Source: a virus. Taken from it: a DNA stretch of 64,000 bases. A program made the position numbers and the translations under genes. Location: positions 4,354 to 68,353 of the IMG/VR virus record IMGVR_UViG_3300028430_000572; one strand, written 5' to 3'. This document shows positions 57,931 through 64,000 of the stretch, one piece after another. The stretch's first letter is position 1. Each line of letters begins with the position of its first letter. The notes under the pieces were generated by a model. It saw only the letters and a program-made list of their open reading frames with translations. It made no database searches and had not been told where the DNA came from.

Positions 57931-60900
57931 CGACGCGATGAGATCAGCCGAGATTCGATCTACCGAAACCGGCTTCGGTTCATTGGCAACAAGAACCTGC
58001 CCGTCCCGCTCAATCGAGCACGAGAAGATAATCACTGATCCGGGCTTGGCGACTGCGGCAAACGGCTTCCACGAGCCAGAGAAGCATGTCGCTCGCATGG
58101 GCGATCCAATGTGCGGTTGCAGCGTCAAGAATCCCATCGTCCTGCCGCGCTTGTCTTTGTGATTGCGTACAGACGAAACAAGAAACGCGCGACGGCCCGG
58201 CCCGCGATCGTTCGGCGAGCGAAGGCGGCCAGCAGCAACAAGGGCACGCACCTTGTCGATGCGTGAGTTGATTTTCCAAGGCGACACCCAATGAGAGAAG
58301 CCGAGCGCCTTGGCCTCGAAGATCGAAAACAGTTCCGGGTCGGCTACGGTGGTCTTGCAATCGTGATTCGGATTGTTGACAATCGAAGACATCATCGACG
58401 CAACATGGGTCGGCTTCGCCTTCGCTTCTTTGAGCATTGCGATAGCGTCGATGCTCAAAGCCCACGCCTGTTCGCCGCTCGGTATCGACGCATACGACTT
58501 GAGTAGCAGCGACCGCAAAGCGCCCGAGCACGCAAGCGAATCGAGCGACTTCGAGTTGCACAACTTTTTGTGAGACAACGCCCATCGAATGAACTCGCAG
58601 AACGGATCGGGCGTTGCGATAGCGGACTTCGCGGCATCGGAAATTGCTTTCGCCGACGTTTCGCTTACGCCGAGCAGCACGCAAAGCGGGGCACGAATGC
58701 CGCTGCGATCGATCGTCCATCGATCAGAAGATGCGCCGACCATCGGCGGGCGAATCCTGCACCCGAGCGACTCGGCGGCCTTCATCGTCAGTGCAAGTTT
58801 GCGGTCAGCGTCGGCACGCTTGGCGGATTGGTTCGGCGTGCGATTGAGCAGCGACAAGAAGAAATCGTCCCTTCGCGTCGCGCGAAGCATCGCCGTAATC
58901 CAAGACAACACGCCGTAAGAAGCCGCGTGAGCGGCGTTGAACGAATACCCGGCGAAGTCATACACGACACCGAAGATTCGCTCGGCGGCATCTTTGCGAA
59001 GCGGCGGCGACGCTTTCGTTGTCGAGTAAGCAATGAACCCGTCTTTAGCAGCAGCGATTTTCGCAGCGTCCTTCTTGGAGATTGCCTTGATGATGCCGTA
59101 TGCGTCACGCAGCGCCATGCCGCCGAGCGTCGATAGAAGCAGCATCACTTGCTCTTGATACACAAGAATGCCGTAGGTTCGCTTCGTGATTTCGTCGTAC
59201 TTCGGATGGATCGCTTCGACGTGCTCTTGCCCGTTCGCGCGTCGAATAAACGTCTCAACGAATTGCAGCGATCCCGGGCGATACAGCGCAATCGCAGCGA
59301 TCAAATCATCGACCGACTTCGGGCGAAGCGCCTTGACAATCGACGCGAGCCGCTGGTCTGACTCGGCAAGTTGGTGAATGCCGTGGCCGTCGCCCGACGA
59401 AAGTTCCTTGAGCACAACGGGGTTTTCGTAATCAATACCCCAGCAGTCGATCCCGTTCGGCAACAATGCGCCGACAACGGCGACAGTTTCGAGTCCGAGC
59501 AAATCGACTTTCATAAGCCCGGTCGGCGAGATGTGCTGTGCGGCTTGCCCTTCGATCCATGCGGTTACAACTTCGGCAGACCGACCGCCGATGCCACGAT
59601 CGACCGGGATGTGATTTTGCAAAGGATCGGGAGAAGCAACGAACCCGGCAGCGTGAGTCGCCTTGCCGCGAACGCGACCAACGAACGAAAGTGCCGCACG
59701 AATGGAATCGTCGTTGGAATCAATTTCGCCACGAAATCGCTCGGGGGCAACCGATCGGATAGCCTGCATTGCATCTTCGATAACATCGTCGCGATTCGCG
59801 ATCGTCATCGATTCGACTTTGGCGACGACTTCATCCGGCAGATCATCGGAGATGCGCGACAGTTCGTGTGCAAGTTTCGGATTGGCAGATCGAGCGAACA
59901 AAACATCCCGCAACGCAGACTTAATGCCGAACGTAGATAGCGCCCCGATTCGAGCAACGCAATCGCCGTTTGGCCCGCCGTACTTCTGACAGAACCACGC
60001 CGCGATTTCGTCGCGCCGGTCGGCGGCAATGTCAAGATCGAAGTCGGGTGCTCCCGGGCGGGACGGATCAACAAATCGCTCGAAAAGCAGTCCGAATCGA
60101 ATAGGGTCGATCGGCGTAATGCCAACGACAGCAGCGACAAGCGAAGCGCATCCAGATCCGCGAGTCCACACAAGAACGCCGCGACGACGGCACTCGCGCA
60201 CAATGTCGAGCGTCACAAGGAAGAACGCAGACATCTTGCACTTGTTGATAATCGACAACTCGTGCTCAAGCCTCGCGGTGTAAGTGTCGCGATCAAGTTC
60301 GGGATACTGAGCGAGTTTGCGATCGAGCCCAAGACGTGCAACACGAGCAAGCGTCGCATCGGTGTCAGCGACAACGCGACCGTCGGGCATTGCAAATCGC
60401 GGCGGCTTGAGTTCGCCAGACGGATAAATGTCGGCGCTGCAAGTCGAAGCGATTTCGCTTGATCGCGCAATGGCGGCGACGAGTTCGCTTCGAGACAGCG
60501 GGCAACCAATCGAGGTCGCATGGTCAACCGCCTCTTTGGCGTTCATGTAATACAACGAACGAACCGACAACTTGAACGCCTGCGGATCATCGACCGGAGT
60601 TCTTCGAGCGACAGCGATCATTTCATCTTGACGCTTGCAGTCGCCGGAGCAAGCGTAATGCACATCACACGCCCACACGATCGGCACACCAAGTTCTTTG
60701 GCGATCGGGATAAGATGCGAGTTTGCCTTGGCTTGCAAGTCGAGGTCCGACAAATGCAACTCGCAGAAGAATCGGCCCGGCATAGCATCGCGGAACGTCG
60801 CCATGAGTTCGCGGAGTTCTTTCGTTCGTCCGGCGATAGCGAGCCGACCAAACTTCGACGCGATGCAGGCCGTCGTAACAATCAGTCCGTCGCTATTGTT

Positions 60901-61329
60901 CAACACGAAATCGTGAGTCGTCCTCGGCTTGCGATAGAATCCTTGCTTGACCGAGTGATGGTTGATCGCGAGCAGGTTCGACCAGCCCGATTGCGATTGG
61001 CAAAGCGCAACAAGGTGGTAGTCCTTGTCTGCCTTGTGATCGTGCCCGCCAGCAACATCGCCATCCTCAGACGGTTCGAGTCGATCGGCAACGTACAACT
61101 CGCAGCCGTAAACGGGTTTGATGCCGAGCGACTGACACGCGCGACGATGCTCGGGAAGTCCGTGCAGTCCGCCGTGATCGGTAATCGCAATGTGAGTGTG
61201 GCCAGCCGCTTTCGCAAGTTCGGCGTACTCGGCAGACGTGCCTACGCCGTCAAGAAACGAATGGTCGGTGTGCAGATGAAGATGCGCAATCGGTACTTTC
61301 GTGCCCGCTCGTCCTGTCGGGATGTTCAT
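57913..61329 (-). CDS. dnaE: DNA polymerase III alpha subunit
   Basis: PHP HLHLHTDHSFLDG, RGSG, catalytic PDFDLD, KVDLLGL, YQEQVM, YSFNAAHA and a C-terminal OB fold. Confidence 0.95.
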   Translation of the reverse strand: MNIPTGRAGTKVPIAHLHLHTDHSFLDGVGTSAEYAELAKAAGHTHIAITDHGGLHGLPEHRRACQSLGIKPVYGCELYVADRLEPSEDGDVAGGHDHKADKDYHLVALCQSQSGWSNLLAINHHSVKQGFYRKPRTTHDFVLNNSDGLIVTTACIASKFGRLAIAGRTKELRELMATFRDAMPGRFFCELHLSDLDLQAKANSHLIPIAKELGVPIVWACDVHYACSGDCKRQDEMIAVARRTPVDDPQAFKLSVRSLYYMNAKEAVDHATSIGCPLSRSELVAAIARSSEIASTCSADIYPSGELKPPRFAMPDGRVVADTDATLARVARLGLDRKLAQYPELDRDTYTARLEHELSIINKCKMSAFFLVTLDIVRECRRRGVLVWTRGSGCASLVAAVVGITPIDPIRFGLLFERFVDPSRPGAPDFDLDIAADRRDEIAAWFCQKYGGPNGDCVARIGALSTFGIKSALRDVLFARSANPKLAHELSRISDDLPDEVVAKVESMTIANRDDVIEDAMQAIRSVAPERFRGEIDSNDDSIRAALSFVGRVRGKATHAAGFVASPDPLQNHIPVDRGIGGRSAEVVTAWIEGQAAQHISPTGLMKVDLLGLETVAVVGALLPNGIDCWGIDYENPVVLKELSSGDGHGIHQLAESDQRLASIVKALRPKSVDDLIAAIALYRPGSLQFVETFIRRANGQEHVEAIHPKYDEITKRTYGILVYQEQVMLLLSTLGGMALRDAYGIIKAISKKDAAKIAAAKDGFIAYSTTKASPPLRKDAAERIFGVVYDFAGYSFNAAHAASYGVLSWITAMLRATRRDDFFLSLLNRTPNQSAKRADADRKLALTMKAAESLGCRIRPPMVGASSDRWTIDRSGIRAPLCVLLGVSETSAKAISDAAKSAIATPDPFCEFIRWALSHKKLCNSKSLDSLACSGALRSLLLKSYASIPSGEQAWALSIDAIAMLKEAKAKPTHVASMMSSIVNNPNHDCKTTVADPELFSIFEAKALGFSHWVSPWKINSRIDKVRALVAAGRLRSPNDRGPGRRAFLVSSVRNHKDKRGRTMGFLTLQPHIGSPMRATCFSGSWKPFAAVAKPGSVIIFSCSIERDGQVLVANEPKPVSVDRISADLIASISPRN

Positions 61330-61347
61330 GTTGCCTTTCCAATTTCG

Positions 61348-62436
61348 CTACGAAATCGACACGCCGCAATGCTCCAGCATCGCAATCGTTGTGTCGCCAA
61401 AGTCCAGTTGCTCGCGAAGTTCTTCAATCGTTCCGGGACGAGCCTTGCGATGAATGCACGCCGCGCAAATAGCGGTATCGATCATACCCCAAGTCTTTGT
61501 CGGCCACTGATTGTCGCGGATGCGATACGCGGCAGCGTAATCAGACGGCGACTTGTAAAGCGTGCTGAGCAGCAGACTCAATCGTGCGTCTTGCTCGTGA
61601 GCGACGATCTTCCGCTCCATCGCGCGAGACTTGCCGGATGCAACCGCGTGCTTCGCTTCGGCGATGATCTTGTCGATAGTTTGATACATCGCGACTTGCG
61701 TTGCGGCGGTCTTGTCGCCGACACCGGGAACGCCCGGGATGTTATCGCCGCTCGCAGACTCGCCGCAGAGCGCTTTGTAATGCGCATAGTTCGACGGCGG
61801 AAACCCCATCGACTGTTGAAACTTGGGCAGATCAACAAGTTCCTGTTTGACCGGCCTCCAAACATGGACGCGCGGCGACAGCAGTTGAAGAACGTCTTTG
61901 TCATCCGTTACAACGACGGCCCGCTCGATGCCGTTGAGCTGCATGAGCAAGCCAGACGATGCGCCGTGTGCGATAAATCCTTCGATGTCGTCGGCTTCGC
62001 AAAGGTCTGGCCTGATCGATGGCAGCCCGAGCAATCCAGTCATTGCTTCGGCGCGGCGGATTGCGTTTTCGCGTCGCTCCGACTCCGCTTGATCCTCAGG
62101 GGTTTTGTCGCGAAGATGCCTGACTTTGTACCCCGCGTGCATCGCGCGCTTCGCGTCCAGCCGCCCGTCCCACGCGAGCACGATGCGGGTCGTGTCAGCA
62201 TCGCGACAGATGCCGGAGCACATCGTAATGATGCCGTGGATCGCGGACGTTGACTCGCCAGTTGAGTTCGTCAGGTCGCGGGTGTACCAAGCGCGGTACG
62301 CCATATGCCGTGCGTCAATCACAATCAGCGTCGAGTTCTTCGCCCACTTGCGTGCGCGACGCTCGATCGCGAGTTGCGACTCTTGAATAGGGGCTGTGAC
62401 ATCGGGCGAGTCGAACGGTACGACTTTCATTGGCAT
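61348..62436 (-). CDS. 5'-3' exonuclease / flap endonuclease (PolA N-terminal family)
   Basis: VIDA, GYK, EADD, DKDVLQL and DNIPGVPGVGDKTA motifs. Confidence 0.92.
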   Translation of the reverse strand: MPMKVVPFDSPDVTAPIQESQLAIERRARKWAKNSTLIVIDARHMAYRAWYTRDLTNSTGESTSAIHGIITMCSGICRDADTTRIVLAWDGRLDAKRAMHAGYKVRHLRDKTPEDQAESERRENAIRRAEAMTGLLGLPSIRPDLCEADDIEGFIAHGASSGLLMQLNGIERAVVVTDDKDVLQLLSPRVHVWRPVKQELVDLPKFQQSMGFPPSNYAHYKALCGESASGDNIPGVPGVGDKTAATQVAMYQTIDKIIAEAKHAVASGKSRAMERKIVAHEQDARLSLLLSTLYKSPSDYAAAYRIRDNQWPTKTWGMIDTAICAACIHRKARPGTIEELREQLDFGDTTIAMLEHCGVSIS

Positions 62437-62449
62437 ACGAGTTCTCGAT

Positions 62450-62692
62450 TTACTTTGCCTTTGACTTGCGATCGTCGGATCGCTCGATGGACACACTTTC
62501 GCGCGGCGCTTGAATCGTCATGCGTCCGGGCCGCTTGTGGCCGATCAAGCAAACAATCGGCTTGCCGCTCTTGATCGCCGCTTGCATTGATTCGACTGAT
62601 ATCACAAGCGCGACGACCGACTTCTTGTTGACCGTCAGCGTAAGGCCGGACAAAGCATCCGAAGTTTCAGGAATGAAGATTTGATCGCTCAT
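62450..62692 (-). CDS. Hypothetical protein
   Basis: Leaderless ATG 62692. Confidence 0.55.
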   Translation of the reverse strand: MSDQIFIPETSDALSGLTLTVNKKSVVALVISVESMQAAIKSGKPIVCLIGHKRPGRMTIQAPRESVSIERSDDRKSKAK

Positions 62693-62749
62693 GCCCCGAT
62701 ATATCGGGCTCGCGTGCTTATCGTGCGTCGGTCGATTTCGTGGCGAAAT
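62693..62749 (-). promoter_or_regulatory. Class A promoter
   Basis: Palindrome 62735-62749; 43 bp spacing. Confidence 0.7.
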
Positions 62750-64000
62750 CAAGGCGACCGCAGGAACGATCGCAAAGCGTCTACGTCGATGGCCCCGAGT
62801 TCGTCGCCGGAGTCATCACCTACGGCAGACAGCGAATCGGCTTGGCGACGCTTGACAAGCCCGATCATCCAATCGTCGAGCGACTTACGGCCCTGCAAAG
62901 TTCCCGCGAGCGAAACGGACAAGCAAGAAGATGCCTTTTGACCGATGCGACTAACGCGACCGACACGCTGGCGAAGTCGAGCATACGTCCAAGGCAAATC
63001 GAGATGCACAACGATCGACGCTGTTTGCAAGTTCATGCCGCGTTCGGCGGCTTCTGTACCGACGATAACTGATCCGGCAGATGACTCGTGCTCGAAAGCG
63101 CGACGAATGCGGGATCGCTCTGACATCGACTGATCGCCTGTTATAAGCCGCGCACGAACGCCGGCGCGATTGAGTCGAGCATGACAATCGCGCGCAATCG
63201 TGGCGAGCCGAGTAAATGCAACGATCCGCTCGCCTTTGAGTTCGCCCTTGATGAGGTCGAGTAAAGCGTCGAACTTGGCCGAAGGCGAGCACGGGTCTGA
63301 TTCGATCGCGGACCACAATGCGCGCTGCACGGCAGCGATCTTTGTCGCGGCGACGGCTCCCGTCTTTGAGTCGCCCAGAAGCGAATCAACTGCCGCATCG
63401 TACGCCTTGCGTTGTTTCGGACACAACTCAACGCGGCGGACGATCGCATCGACAGGAATCGATATTCCGCACTCTTCGCGAGTCCTGCGAAGTGTCGTAG
63501 ATGAGACACGCAATCGAAACTCGCCGAGATGCTTATGGCCGACAATCTTCTCGCCAAAGCGAGTAGGTATCGTCACGAGGTATCGATCTGCAAACAACGA
63601 TCGAGCGCCGAGACATCGATGATCCAGCGGCCTCATTTGCGACCAGAGATCGGCGGCATCGACTTCCATCGGCGTTGCGTTGAGCAGCAACTTGGCAGGC
63701 ACGCGGGATGCAAGTTCGACAAACGACTTGTGTGTTTTCGATGCTGTAGATTTGATGCGGCCCGACTCGTCGCCAACGACAAGCGACGCTCGCGAGAGCA
63801 ACGCAGACACTCCGGGTCGATATCGGTCGAGCGTGAGCAATTCCCATGTGAGGATAAACAAGTCGGCTTCTGCGTCTTGCAAAGCGTCTACTTTGCGTGC
63901 GCCGGTTCCCTGCACGAGGGATACGACCGGCTTATCTTTCAGGAACTTGAGCGATTCGTCTTTCCATTGCGAAGCGACAGACGCAGGAGCAAACACGACG
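62749..64000 (-). CDS. SNF2-family helicase (5' end outside window)
   Basis: PASVASQW, GDES, LNATP, GMNLQTA and QRVGRVSRIGQ motifs. Confidence 0.88.
   Translation of the reverse strand, partial: VVFAPASVASQWKDESLKFLKDKPVVSLVQGTGARKVDALQDAEADLFILTWELLTLDRYRPGVSALLSRASLVVGDESGRIKSTASKTHKSFVELASRVPAKLLLNATPMEVDAADLWSQMRPLDHRCLGARSLFADRYLVTIPTRFGEKIVGHKHLGEFRLRVSSTTLRRTREECGISIPVDAIVRRVELCPKQRKAYDAAVDSLLGDSKTGAVAATKIAAVQRALWSAIESDPCSPSAKFDALLDLIKGELKGERIVAFTRLATIARDCHARLNRAGVRARLITGDQSMSERSRIRRAFEHESSAGSVIVGTEAAERGMNLQTASIVVHLDLPWTYARLRQRVGRVSRIGQKASSCLSVSLAGTLQGRKSLDDWMIGLVKRRQADSLSAVGDDSGDELGAIDVDALRSFLRSP

Larger units (their letters stand above)
1227..62749. repeat. Dispersed 15-bp palindrome ATTTCG-NNN-CGAAAT, at least 42 copies
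   Basis: Copies start at 1227, 3177, 4032, 6433, 7066, 9393, 11477, 11510, 14945, 17195, 17949, 19916, 20466, 22449, 23817, 24240, 25362, 26553, 28688, 30464, 31809, 32337, 33413, 35827, 37391, 38963, 40863, 41337, 43095, 43805, 45214, 46466, 48631, 49700, 51349, 52100, 54063, 55238, 57916, 59723, 61342, 62735. Confidence 0.97.

Noticed and set aside
57913-61329. Intein or intron in DnaE, RecA, DnaB or TerL
   Set aside because: Lengths are normal and no C...HN splice motifs were seen.
60520-62253. 577-aa plus-strand ORF and other long plus-strand ORFs (e.g. 221..1333, 44299..45579)
   Set aside because: Antisense to DnaE, exonuclease, TMP or SSB; no recognisable domains or RBS.
1227-62749. 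Palindrome as CRISPR repeat, integron attC, IS end or intrinsic terminator
   Set aside because: Only 15 bp, kb-scale spacing, no GTTRRRY core, no transposase or integrase, AT-rich stem with no U tract, and copies occur inside essential genes.
1-64000. Stop-codon reassignment
   Set aside because: Genes are intact in the standard code, TGA/TAA/TAG all act as stops, and no suppressor tRNA was found.
1-64000. Prophage status and host assignment
   Set aside because: No integrase, att site or host genes in the window; the host cannot be supported from sequence reading alone.

Overview
A 64-kb segment of a large, GC-rich (about 60% by eye) tailed dsDNA phage genome with a siphovirus-like tail module. 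Essentially every credible gene lies on the minus strand, and no integrase or host flank is visible. Reading in the transcription direction (right to left): a replication block (SNF2 helicase, 5'-3' exonuclease, DnaE, DnaC-like, DnaB, DnaG); a probable early region (MoxR/RavA AAA+, sigma-like HTH, VWA protein, ParB-like protein) with repeated structured leaders; a recombination block (split SbcC, SSB, RuvC-like, RecA, SbcD); a modification block (ParB-N, tRNA-Gly-like RNA abutting a Mom-like gene, DNA methylases, glycosyltransferases, HNH, ThyX); a small tRNA cluster; small accessory genes; GroES and lysis-like membrane genes; then terminase, portal, head and tail genes ending in the tape measure protein. 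Most striking observations: (1) at least 42 copies of a 15-bp palindrome ATTTCG-NNN-CGAAAT spread evenly through the window, resembling ParB/Noc-family sites, fused to stop and start codons and placed at fixed distances from TATAT(T/C) promoter boxes; (2) a non-canonical tRNA-Gly(ACC) directly in front of the Mom-like DNA-modification gene; (3) a 149-nt tRNA-like RNA with a large insert. All calls come from reading motifs by eye; no database searches were run, and start codons are best estimates.
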